Of a stretch of 64,000 bases of DNA, positions 39,358 to 48,430 are shown piece by piece (within the stretch, counting starts at the first letter, position 1; each line of letters opens with the position of its first letter). The stretch spans positions 64,001-128,000 of the forward strand of contig CAWIPH010000002.1 of assembly GCA_963837955.1 (NCBI GenBank), written 5' to 3'. The stretch comes from an uncultured Verrucomicrobiae bacterium (GTDB lineage: Bacteria; Verrucomicrobiota; Verrucomicrobiia; Chthoniobacterales; JAFAMB01). Position numbers and translations under genes: made by a program. The notes below the pieces were generated by a model that was given only the letters and a program-made list of their open reading frames with translations, did not search any database and was not told where the DNA came from.

Positions 39358-39392
39358 GCTGCAATCGTGACAGCAGAATCGGATGCTGTCAA
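39358..39392 (-). promoter_or_regulatory. Predicted vapBC promoter with palindromic operator
   Basis: TTGACA-17 nt-CACGAT-6 nt-GTG; TGACAGCA-N8-TGCTGTCA palindrome at 39368-39391. Confidence 0.65.
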
Positions 39393-39705
39393 GATGCGAT
39401 AGACTTTCCGAGAGCCGATGTGCCACATCAAATCCGAGATGCGCCAATGCTATTGCAGGCGCGCTTTCAGCGCTACGACTTCGTTTGCTACCTTCTGTTC
39501 CAAATAGGGATTCGCCCTAGGAGAACTTGAAACACGGCTTCTCCGTTGAATCTGTTTCGCTTCTGCTCGAAAGCGAAACGGGGCAAATTACAAATAGAGC
39601 GAAGAGATTATTATATAGAAGGTAGCGAAGCGAAGTCAGACAGAGGTCCTTCGCTGGGCTGAGTTCGTGCGCCATTGACGTGCATAGACCTCGCTTGGGC
39701 GCCTG

Positions 39706-40495
39706 TCAGACGGCTTCCTGCATCCGCACCTCTGGAGCGGACGCCAGCCGCTGCAATCGATCAATGAGTACCCGCTCGATCTGCGCCAGCTCTCGCGCCA
39801 AACGGATCCGAAGTGATGCCCGGGTCTGATCGCTCTTGGCCGTGAAACGCCAACCAGGTTCGCGCCGCAAACGTGTGCGTAAACCGAGCAACGCCTCGGC
39901 TCGGTTCCGGGTTGCTTGAATCAAATGCAAAATCTCTGCGCACGACATGGCGATGGTTCGCCGGGTTGGTGCGCATCGCGAATAAAATAAGTTGGAGCGC
40001 GACCAGATCACCGCTTTCATAAGCCGATTGAGCCTGTAGCCACCAAAGTTTTCGTTCACCGACTAAAGGTCCGCCGCGATCGGGATGAAGCTGCATGGCA
40101 ATCCGGCGAAACAGACGTTGGCATTCGCGATGCGGTTCCTTCGTTGCCAGGGCAAACTCGTCGGCCAATTCGGTTGCATCGCGCCACGAATCCTGCGCCT
40201 GGTCATCGTTTTCAGGAACGTTCTCTGCGGCTTTGGCCCAGTCATTAACGACCTCACTCTTCTCAGCGTCCGGATCGCTCTGAACAAATTCGAGCGCGGC
40301 GATTTGTTCACGCAATCCGCGATGATGCGCGAGGACGGGTCCGAACTCCCGATGATACCATAAGTAGAATGCGGGGCCGTCCACCTGGTCATACCGGGCT
40401 ATCTGCGCTTCCAGCCGCGCAACCGCGCGGCGGGCGCGACGGAGACGAGCCGTGTAGAAACGGCGGATAGGCCGGTTATCGACTTTGATCAACAT
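39706..40495 (-). pseudogene. J-domain-containing protein, frameshifted near 39950-39990
   Basis: RLFRRIAMQLHPD motif in ORF 39761-40495; plausible helical C-terminus continues in ORF 39706-40059. Confidence 0.6.
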
Positions 40496-40507
40496 TTTGT
40501 CCGAGAA

Positions 40508-42625
40508 CTACTCCCCCACAGGTAGCAAACTGACTTCCGGTGTGCGCACGACCAGCTCCCGGAAATCATTGTGCAGCGCCGCATCTTTGCGAACGAAGAA
40601 CGTATCAAACTTGACCCGAATGTGCACCATTTGTTCCGCGGGCAACCGGACTGAAGAAGCGTTTATTTCGATCTGGTATTGGTTTCCCAGGCGCTGAAAG
40701 ATCGCAGGTATCTGGGGCGATTCATCCGGCGGCTCCAGACCGGCCGTCACAGCGGGTACTTTCTGCAGCGCGGAAAAATCGGCCGCTCCTTTCAGTCGAA
40801 TCAACGGAAACCGCTCCAAATCGCTGCGTTTGACTTCAATCAGAACTCCTTGGCTTGTAATCCAATCACCGGATACATCGCGCAGCTGAGCACTTGGCCG
40901 GACGTAAACCGTAGCGGTATAGGGATAGGAGGTATTGAACCGTTGAGTTTTGGCCACCACCAAATGCTTGTCGGCCCAGGCGTTTAAGTCCGTCCAATAT
41001 GTCGCAACCGTCCGCGTAAAGGGAAAATTTCCGGGCGGACGGGTTGAGGTCAGAATGACAAAGTCGCTTTTCGCCAAGAGCTTCAATGCTTCCTCGCGTG
41101 ACGGCCCAAAAATGGACGAACCGAGCAAGCCGCGGAATTCTATGAATTGACCGGTTTTTTCGAATCCCAAAGTCGTAATCGTCGCAGCATTGAGTACGCC
41201 CGAGATGACATCGAGCGAGATCCCTGGACTTTTCCAGCGATATTCGTTGGCGTAGTTCACCAGCCATTGATTAAATTCAGCCATCTGGCTCAGGTGACCT
41301 CGGTCCTCGAACTCTGGCCAGTGACGACTAGACCGATTCAGTTGGTTGGATACACCCAACGCAAAAATCAACACTGCGCTCCCGGCAAAAAGCTTCGGTA
41401 GGGAAGCAGACTCGCGCTTGGGAAGGAGGACGCTGGCCAGGATAACAACAAGGAGTGCGATTGGAACGCCCACAATTCCGCCCACAATGGACGACTTCAA
41501 AATATCAAGGGTTAAGGCAAGAATCGGGCACACAATTACGCCGAGCAAAAAAGTGATCTGCAATAGGAAGGTTTCGCCATTCGTTTTTTGGCTGCTTTCC
41601 AACTCGTTTCCGGACTGACGGGCGCTGGGCCCGGCTGGCGCGACCGAATGGATCTTCGTCGTTCGACGGAGGAAGTGGGTGGCGGCGCCACCCGCGAGCG
41701 CAATTGCCAGTGCCCAGAGGAACGCTTGGCCCAAATGATCGTTAATAATCGATTTTGGATAAAAGAGGAGATGTCCGCCCAGGTCGTGGACGCCGAGGTC
41801 GATGGCGCGAATGTACTTCTCATCATTCAATACATGCCCGACAACATAGTAGTTCCAAATAGTGCCTGAATTGAGCAGAAGGATTGGACCGGCTAAAACA
41901 AACAGAGCGGCGCAGGAAAGTCCGAGATTTTTGAGTCGTTGCTGCACGCGGTTCCTCAGAGCCAAATCGCTCCGAGCAAAAAATCCGACGACGAAGCAGA
42001 CAACGGCGAATCCGGCAAGCACCCCTAACAGGTAGACGATGGTCAGAAATCGATGGAGCACTAGATAGGCGCCGATCAACCCGCAGCCGATGGCCCAACC
42101 CCGCTCGAGAAAAAGTTTCGATCGAAGGACGCTACAAGTCCAAATGCCATACAGGCAGTAGGCGGCGAAATCGATGCGAAAATCGAAGAGCCCACCCGCT
42201 TGCAACCAGGCTGTCGCTTGGCAAAGTATCAACCCGACCAGCAGGTATCCGCTAAACCGATTACCTGAGAGGGCTCGGGCGGAATAAAAGGCGACTACCT
42301 GCAGGGCAAAGAACAGAATAAGATTCACGCAGAGTTGCGGGAACCGCGCCCCACCGATAATAAGACCGGAAAGCGCTCCTTCGATCGGAAGAGCAACGCC
42401 GGTTGGATGCCCGGCACTCCAGACCGCCTTCCAGAGCTTGCCGAGGCCGTGCGCTAGGACATCTTCTTGCAAACCGTAGGCGCCCTCCAGGTAGTATGCC
42501 TGGTCGTAAAACAACGGAGGATACGAGGCCACCTCACGGTGATAAACGGTCGAGAAGAGCAGGGCCTCAAACGCAAATAGGCAGAATAATATTCCTCTAT
42601 CGAAATTGCGCTGACTAGAGATCAT
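40508..42625 (-). CDS. Multi-pass membrane protein with periplasmic tail, candidate GT-C
   Basis: N-terminal YDQAYY loop, DFRID, ~11 TMs, soluble C-terminal domain. Confidence 0.55.
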   Translation of the reverse strand: MISSQRNFDRGILFCLFAFEALLFSTVYHREVASYPPLFYDQAYYLEGAYGLQEDVLAHGLGKLWKAVWSAGHPTGVALPIEGALSGLIIGGARFPQLCVNLILFFALQVVAFYSARALSGNRFSGYLLVGLILCQATAWLQAGGLFDFRIDFAAYCLYGIWTCSVLRSKLFLERGWAIGCGLIGAYLVLHRFLTIVYLLGVLAGFAVVCFVVGFFARSDLALRNRVQQRLKNLGLSCAALFVLAGPILLLNSGTIWNYYVVGHVLNDEKYIRAIDLGVHDLGGHLLFYPKSIINDHLGQAFLWALAIALAGGAATHFLRRTTKIHSVAPAGPSARQSGNELESSQKTNGETFLLQITFLLGVIVCPILALTLDILKSSIVGGIVGVPIALLVVILASVLLPKRESASLPKLFAGSAVLIFALGVSNQLNRSSRHWPEFEDRGHLSQMAEFNQWLVNYANEYRWKSPGISLDVISGVLNAATITTLGFEKTGQFIEFRGLLGSSIFGPSREEALKLLAKSDFVILTSTRPPGNFPFTRTVATYWTDLNAWADKHLVVAKTQRFNTSYPYTATVYVRPSAQLRDVSGDWITSQGVLIEVKRSDLERFPLIRLKGAADFSALQKVPAVTAGLEPPDESPQIPAIFQRLGNQYQIEINASSVRLPAEQMVHIRVKFDTFFVRKDAALHNDFRELVVRTPEVSLLPVGE

Positions 42626-43047
42626 CTCAGTTCTCGCGGTCCGGAAATGGGCTCACGCGAGATGCCGACACTGTCTGGCGGAAGATTGTTTCGGATAACG
42701 GCACCGACTCTCTTAGCGTATTTTTCTCCCCAATCGCAGACCGGTCCTAAGGCCTCTCTTAAATCTTCGCCATCCTTCGTAAGAGAATATTCAACCCGAG
42801 GAGGCACCTCCCGGAACACTCGCCGATTTACGATGCCGGCGGCCTCCAACTCCCGAAGTTGCTGGATAATCATTTTTTCCGTGGCATTCGGAATTGCTCG
42901 CCGCAACCTTCCGAACCGGCAAGGGCCGTTGGCGGCGTGGAGTTGGCACAAGATAATAGCCTTCCATTTTCCGCCGATTACCTCTTGGGCAGCCTCGACC
43001 GCACAACTAAAGACCGGTTTCGACCGATTGGTTCGTGTCGCCTTCAC
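42622..43047 (-). CDS. HxlR-family winged-helix transcriptional regulator
   Basis: C.VE...IGGKWK, RFGRL, QQLRELE..GIV.R....VPPRVEYSLT. Confidence 0.9.
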   Translation of the reverse strand: MKATRTNRSKPVFSCAVEAAQEVIGGKWKAIILCQLHAANGPCRFGRLRRAIPNATEKMIIQQLRELEAAGIVNRRVFREVPPRVEYSLTKDGEDLREALGPVCDWGEKYAKRVGAVIRNNLPPDSVGISREPISGPRELR

Positions 43048-43060
43048 TTTCGTAGTGGTT

Positions 43061-43085
43061 AGTACCTAACAAAATAGTGGGTACT
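43061..43085. promoter_or_regulatory. Putative HxlR operator
   Basis: AGTACC-N13-GGTACT inverted repeat in the short divergent intergenic region. Confidence 0.4.
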
Positions 43086-43118
43086 TGTCCATGTATCTAC
43101 GCAGTTTATGGTCCGGCT

Positions 43119-43796
43119 ATGAAGATCGGTATCATTGGTTCCGGGAACATGGGTCGATCGTTTGGCATTGTATGGGCCGAGCTCGGCCATCAGGTGTTTT
43201 TTGGAGGTAGAGACCTCGAGCAAGCGCGCCGCGCAGCAGCCCTAACCGGCGGGAAGGCTCAATATGGCACCAACGATGAAGCAGCTAGTTTTGGCGACAT
43301 CCTGGTTTACTCGCTCCGCGGCGTTGCTCCGTCCGAGGCTCTGCAGCGAGTCGATTCCTTGGATAACAAGATCGTGATCGATCTGAATAACTCAGACATC
43401 CCAACAGACTTCGCTTACCAGCCGATCACGATTTCACATGCCGAGAATCTTCAGGAGAAAATTCCGCGAGCTCGGGTGGTGAAGGCATACAATACTATTC
43501 CTCAGGAGGTCATCGAACTTTCCCCGGACCGGATACGCCCATTCAAAGTAGCAGCATTTATTGCCGCTGATGATCAGAAGGCTAGAAACACTGTCCTCGA
43601 ATTGTCTCGAGAGCTGGGACTGGATCCTGTTGATTGCGGTCCTTTGCGGCGAGCCCGGCTTCTGGAAGGGTTAGCCGATTTTATCCGGTTCCTGATGATC
43701 GGCGGAGGAAGGCCCGATGGAAATTTCTCGATCGTTGATGTGCCCGACGTGGAAACTCCCCGGCTTGGCGGTCGACAGCCATCTAAACTACCTTAA
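43119..43796 (+). CDS. NADPH-dependent F420 reductase-like NADP oxidoreductase
   Basis: MKIGIIGSGNMG, IVIDLNN, VVKAYNT, PVDCGPL. Confidence 0.85.
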   Translation: MKIGIIGSGNMGRSFGIVWAELGHQVFFGGRDLEQARRAAALTGGKAQYGTNDEAASFGDILVYSLRGVAPSEALQRVDSLDNKIVIDLNNSDIPTDFAYQPITISHAENLQEKIPRARVVKAYNTIPQEVIELSPDRIRPFKVAAFIAADDQKARNTVLELSRELGLDPVDCGPLRRARLLEGLADFIRFLMIGGGRPDGNFSIVDVPDVETPRLGGRQPSKLP

Positions 43797-43799
43797 TGA

Positions 43800-44537
43800 G
43801 TGAATTTGGCCGAGAAGCTGCGGACCCATTGGACCATCTGGCAGCGCGTGGAAGATGTCTCAATCGGTAGACGTGAGATTCTCCTGACGTTCGATGACGG
43901 TCCACATCCGGAAATCACGGCGCGACTATTAGATGTATTGGAACAAGAGGATGTCCGCGCCGCCTTCTGCGTTTGTGGCAGATCTGTTCGCGTCGCGCCA
44001 GATCTAGTCCGCCGCATGGCGAACGATGGTCATTTGATCGTCAACCACGGTGACCTTCATCGGCCGCTCGCTCTCTTCTCGGAAGAAGCACTCCAAAAAG
44101 AGATCGGCGACTGCGATCGCGCGATCGCCGCTGCGATAAAAGGCTCCGCTTTTTGCACGGATTATTTTCGTCCCGCTTGCGGTTTGTGTACGCCCGTTGT
44201 GAAAAGGGTGCTCCTACAACTGAACAAGCGACTGCTGCCAATTACGCACTTTGGTTGGGATACCGATGTGACCCGGCATTCCTATCCGGATTGGATCGCT
44301 TTGACTTTGCGCGCAGCCCGGCGCGATCAAGGCGGGATCTTCGTCCTGCACGACCAGCGTCTCTATTTTTGGCTGGAATCGACCTATGATCCAGCCGATC
44401 GGGAAGGCGGCGCCTACCGCGGTTGGGTTCCGGACGCCGTATCCAGGTTGGTGAGGGATCTTCGTTCAGATGACTTCACGTTCCTGGATCCGCATGTTTG
44501 GAGTCGACGCCAGTTCTCGCAATCGAGTAGCGCCTAA
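43800..44537 (+). CDS. Polysaccharide deacetylase (NodB/CE4) family
   Basis: LTFDDGP, NHGDLH, YFRP, VLHD. Confidence 0.85.
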   Translation: MNLAEKLRTHWTIWQRVEDVSIGRREILLTFDDGPHPEITARLLDVLEQEDVRAAFCVCGRSVRVAPDLVRRMANDGHLIVNHGDLHRPLALFSEEALQKEIGDCDRAIAAAIKGSAFCTDYFRPACGLCTPVVKRVLLQLNKRLLPITHFGWDTDVTRHSYPDWIALTLRAARRDQGGIFVLHDQRLYFWLESTYDPADREGGAYRGWVPDAVSRLVRDLRSDDFTFLDPHVWSRRQFSQSSSA

Positions 44538-44581
44538 ATTGCGCGAACAGGGCTGGCCGCCCTGGTCTACCGCGAAACATG

Positions 44582-45379
44582 TTATTTCTCAGACTGCATC
44601 CGTCTCTGGTACACAAGTTCGAACGGTTCCGAGCTGACACTGATTTCTCCCCGGAATGGATTATCCATAGCACCCAGTAGAAAGATCAGTAGGCCAAGAA
44701 GCGCAGAGAGCATGACCGTCATCCAGAAGTGCATGCCTTGGCTCTTCATGTCGAAGAACCAGGTGACCGCGATGGTCAGGAAAGCTCCTGCAAATACGAT
44801 CGTCCATAGCGGACCGGGCAAACCTTGGCGCACGCTCTGCAATCTCCTACCTCGATATTCCGCTACGCGCTCAAAACCACGGTAGGCTTCCGCAAACAGC
44901 GCTTTCTGGCCTTCGGTTTGAGGTTCAAAGCTGATCAGGTGTGCCTGAAAACCTGTTAACAGGTTGCCCTCGCCCTCCGGGACAATCCCTCGCCGCTGTT
45001 GGGGCCAACCGACGTCGATCACTTGGCGGGTGTATTGCCGGAGGTCCGCCTGAAGTTCCGTGCGGTACGGTTCGGGAAAACTGCTGATATCTCTATACAG
45101 CACCCCAACACCCGCAGCCTCTTCGCCGACCCTGGTTTCTACGTCCGAAAAAGTTTGCCACGTCCCGACCGCGATCAAGCCCAGCGTGATCCCGTAAAAA
45201 ACGCAAACCGCTCCCAGGTAGAAGCCCACGACCTCATTGTGCGAATGTTCGCTGCCATGAATTCGCCGTACCCATTTCCGGGTGGCGAACAACCCAGCTA
45301 AACCGATCGCGATCGTGACAGCGATGGTCAAGACTCCAAAGAGCCAGTTTGGGAGGTCGTACACCCAATACATGTTCAT
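44582..45379 (-). CDS. DUF4239-like membrane protein
   Basis: HNEVVG, YGITLGLI.V..W, DNPFRG, four TMs. Confidence 0.7.
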   Translation of the reverse strand: MNMYWVYDLPNWLFGVLTIAVTIAIGLAGLFATRKWVRRIHGSEHSHNEVVGFYLGAVCVFYGITLGLIAVGTWQTFSDVETRVGEEAAGVGVLYRDISSFPEPYRTELQADLRQYTRQVIDVGWPQQRRGIVPEGEGNLLTGFQAHLISFEPQTEGQKALFAEAYRGFERVAEYRGRRLQSVRQGLPGPLWTIVFAGAFLTIAVTWFFDMKSQGMHFWMTVMLSALLGLLIFLLGAMDNPFRGEISVSSEPFELVYQRRMQSEK

Positions 45380-45534
45380 TGGCGAGAATCACTGTAGCAG
45401 TTTGTGAGAGCGAATGTCTTGAACATCCTAGCGATTGCTCGTCTTCAGAAATAGCGAGTCATGATTTATCCGGAACGCAAAATCCGGTTGAGCGGCGATG
45501 GAATCGCCACTAACCTCGAACCGTCCTGGGAGTT

Positions 45535-45607
45535 GCCGGCATAGCTCAGTTGGTAGAGCAGCTGATTTGTAATCAGCAGGTCGTCGGTTCGAACCCGACT
45601 GCCGGCT
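45535..45607 (+). tRNA. tRNA-Thr(TGT)
   Basis: GCCGGCA/TGCCGGC acceptor stem, AGCTCAGTTGGTAGAGC D-arm, GCTGA-TTTGTAA-TCAGC anticodon arm, GGTTCGAACCC T-arm; CCA not encoded. Confidence 0.96.
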
Positions 45608-45612
45608 CCCAA

Positions 45613-45695
45613 ACTTCGCCTCCTCGCCTAGGCTCGGAGAGGCTACGTTTGGCTAGCCACTTCGCTTCCTCGCCTTAGGCTCGGAGAGGCTACGT
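45613..45695. repeat. Two ~36-bp direct repeats (GTAG-type REP on minus strand) after the tRNA
   Basis: ACTTCGC(C/T)TCCTCGCCT(T)AGGCTCGGAGAGGCTACGT at 45613 and 45659. Confidence 0.8.
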
Positions 45696-45890
45696 CGCGG
45701 CGGGCTCCGGCTTTGGGACCCTGAGCGGCTCACGCAAAAGCGTTCGCCCTACCGATCGTGGGCGTTGTTCCAGACGCGGTTCGGAATCCGGCCATGCTAC
45801 CGCAGGTGACAACGGGAGTCGGTTAGTACTCTTGAAGGTCGCGGGAGTAAGTCGATCGGGAGTAATAAACCGATTGGTGCAAAATCTTTC

Positions 45891-45920
45891 TTGACGCGGC
45901 GGGTGGCGTGGTGATATAGT
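45891..45920 (+). promoter_or_regulatory. Predicted sigma-70 promoter of the sigma factor gene
   Basis: TTGACG-18 nt-TATAGT with extended TGn; SD GGAGGA at 45955-45960. Confidence 0.6.
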
Positions 45921-45968
45921 TTACTGACCGGTCTACTTTTGACTGGTTCATATTGGAGGAGAACCTCG

Positions 45969-46871
45969 ATGACTAACAACCTGAAATCTGGACCTCTGGC
46001 GAATCGCACCGACGGAGCCGGTATGGCTGGTGAAGATTCAGATACGGGCATTAAGATTTACCTTCGGGAAATCGGACAGGTCCCGCTGCTAACCCCCCAA
46101 GAGGAGATTGATTTGGCCGCGCGCATCAAAAAGGGCGACCGAGAAGCGCGAGCACTTATGATCAAGGCCAATCTCCGCTTGGTCGTTAAGATTGCTCATG
46201 ATTACGCGAATTTGGGTTTGCCTTTGTTGGATCTGGTATCGGAAGGCAACATTGGGTTGATGAAGGCGGTCGAGCGATTCGATCCGGCAAAGGGCGGAAA
46301 GCTCAGTACCTACGGCTCTTGGTGGATCAAACAGTCGATCAAGCGAGCTTTGGCTAATCAGAGCAAGACGATCCGCTTGCCGGTTCACTTGGTGGACAAA
46401 ATTTCCAAGATGCGCCGGGTTTCGTTGCAGATGAGCGAAGAACTTGGCCGTGAACCAACTAACGACGAGTTAGCGGAAGAGATCGGTCTCTCCCGTAGCA
46501 AAGTTTCTCAATTAAAGACGGCCTCGATTCGACCCGCATCGTTGGACGCCCCCATCAGCGATGACGACTCGACTGAATTTGGTGAGGTCGTTGGGGATGA
46601 AGATGCGCAAACGCCCTTCGAGTTGCTCAGAGACAAGAACCTGCGCGACGAGGTAAGCGACTCGCTAGAGGTTCTTGAGGACCGGGAGCGCAAGATAATC
46701 TCCCAGCGGTTCGGCTTGGACGGTGGCAAACCGAAGACTCTCGAAGAAGTGGGTAAGAAGTTTGGGGTTACGCGAGAGCGAATCCGTCAGGTGCAGAATA
46801 TCGCCTTGGCGAAATTACGTCAGGCGCTGACTAAGAAAGAAACACCGATGATCGATTCTTCGGTCTCGTAA
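45969..46871 (+). CDS. RpoD/SigA-family sigma-70 factor lacking region 1.1
   Basis: YLREIG, ANLRLVVKIA, EGNIGLMKAVERFD, STYGSWWIKQ, TLEEVG..FGVTRERIRQ. Confidence 0.92.
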   Translation: MTNNLKSGPLANRTDGAGMAGEDSDTGIKIYLREIGQVPLLTPQEEIDLAARIKKGDREARALMIKANLRLVVKIAHDYANLGLPLLDLVSEGNIGLMKAVERFDPAKGGKLSTYGSWWIKQSIKRALANQSKTIRLPVHLVDKISKMRRVSLQMSEELGREPTNDELAEEIGLSRSKVSQLKTASIRPASLDAPISDDDSTEFGEVVGDEDAQTPFELLRDKNLRDEVSDSLEVLEDRERKIISQRFGLDGGKPKTLEEVGKKFGVTRERIRQVQNIALAKLRQALTKKETPMIDSSVS

Positions 46872-46985
46872 CAAGACACCAGCTTCCAAAGGCAATTTGC
46901 GAGCCGCGTCGAGTGAGGGTTGGTAGGGCGAAATTTATTTGAGCCGGGAGCCCATGGGTTTCGCGGCTCCCAGGAACAGGAAACG

Positions 46986-48161
46986 TTAGGTGCGCTCCAC
47001 GCAGAGGGCGATACCCATCCCTCCACCAATGCACAGAGTTGCTAATCCCCGGTGTAAATCGCTTCGGCGCATCTCGTGCAGGAGAGTAACCAGAATTCGA
47101 GCTCCAGAGGCTCCAATCGGGTGACCGAGGGCAATGGCGCCACCGTTCACGTTTACCTTGGTCGGTTCCAATCGAAGCTCCCTAATGACTGCCAGCGATT
47201 GCACGGCGAAAGCTTCGTTTGCTTCGATCAGATCGATATCGGAAAGCTTCCATTCCGCTCGTTTGAGAGCGATGTGAACGGCCGGAACCGGACCGATACC
47301 CATGATGGCCGGATCGACGCCACAGGTTCCCCAGGACCGAATCGTAGCCAGGATTTCAATGCCGCGATCGATTGCCGCGGAACGTGACATGAGGGTCAGC
47401 GCGGCAGCTCCGTCATTGATACCGGACGAGTTTCCGGCGGTGACAGTGCCGTCGCGAGTGAAAGCAGGTCGCAGCTGACTGAGGCGATCCAAGGTCGTAT
47501 CCGGCCGAATTCCTTCGTCTTGATCGATCAACTTAGTTTTTCCGCGATCGGTCACAGGAACAGCGACAATCTCTTCGGCAAACTTGCCCTTAGCCTGAGC
47601 GTTCTGAGCGCGCTGTTGGGATTCCAAAGCGAAGGCGTCCTGTTCTGCACGGCTTATTTTCCATTGGGCAGCGATATTTTCGGCAGTTTGCCCCATATGG
47701 TAATCGTTGAACGCATCCCACAGGCCATCCTTTATCATCGTGTCGATTAGTTCGGAGTTTCCTAGCTTCGTACCTTTGCGGATATGCACGGCGTGCGGCG
47801 CCTGGCTCATCGATTCCTGGCCTCCCGCCAAGACGATCGCGCTATCCCCGACTCGAATAGATTGGAATCCGAGGGCGACGGCGCGGAGACCGGAACCGCA
47901 AACCTGATTGATCGTCATTGCCGGTCTTTCGACCGGAATCTTTGCCTGGACAGAGGCTTGCCGCGCCGGGTTTTGGCCTTCGGCCGCCGTCAATACCTGC
48001 CCCAAAACAACTTCCGAAACCTCTTCCGGACTAATCTGTGGCCGGGCAAGCGCTTCCTGGATAACTATCGCCCCGAGTTCGTGGGCAGAAAGACCGCTTA
48101 AACTGCCGTTCAAAGTGCCGATCGGGGTTCGAACAGCGCTAACAATGACAACCTCTTCCAT
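46986..48161 (-). CDS. Acetyl-CoA C-acetyltransferase (thiolase)
   Basis: NQVCGSG, NEAFA, GGAIALGHPIGASG, LCIGGGMG. Confidence 0.95.
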   Translation of the reverse strand: MEEVVIVSAVRTPIGTLNGSLSGLSAHELGAIVIQEALARPQISPEEVSEVVLGQVLTAAEGQNPARQASVQAKIPVERPAMTINQVCGSGLRAVALGFQSIRVGDSAIVLAGGQESMSQAPHAVHIRKGTKLGNSELIDTMIKDGLWDAFNDYHMGQTAENIAAQWKISRAEQDAFALESQQRAQNAQAKGKFAEEIVAVPVTDRGKTKLIDQDEGIRPDTTLDRLSQLRPAFTRDGTVTAGNSSGINDGAAALTLMSRSAAIDRGIEILATIRSWGTCGVDPAIMGIGPVPAVHIALKRAEWKLSDIDLIEANEAFAVQSLAVIRELRLEPTKVNVNGGAIALGHPIGASGARILVTLLHEMRRSDLHRGLATLCIGGGMGIALCVERT

Positions 48162-48430
48162 AGTCACCAAACTCTTTTCCGTTTTCCGCTAAGTGTTACC
48201 CGCCTCACAGTTTCCTATTCCGTCCCCCGAATTCTAGATCCGAAATTCTATATTAAGTTAGACCGAGAATTCCTCGCTACCTCAGACGGTCGCAACTACC
48301 ATTTCAAATAGACCGCTTCGCCCCGGTCTTCAACGTGTAGCATCGCAAGTAACTCTGTTTCACTAAGTTGGGTACACGTTTTGGGCTTGTGAACGATCTA
48401 TAAATTTGAGAAACAGTTGACCCCTCAATT

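Noticed and set aside
45535..45700. Integrative element at tRNA-Thr
   Set aside because: No integrase and no duplicated tRNA 3' end noticed in the window.
46986..48161. PHA synthesis operon (phaA)
   Set aside because: Thiolase is alone; no phaB or phaC nearby, so no gene symbol assigned.
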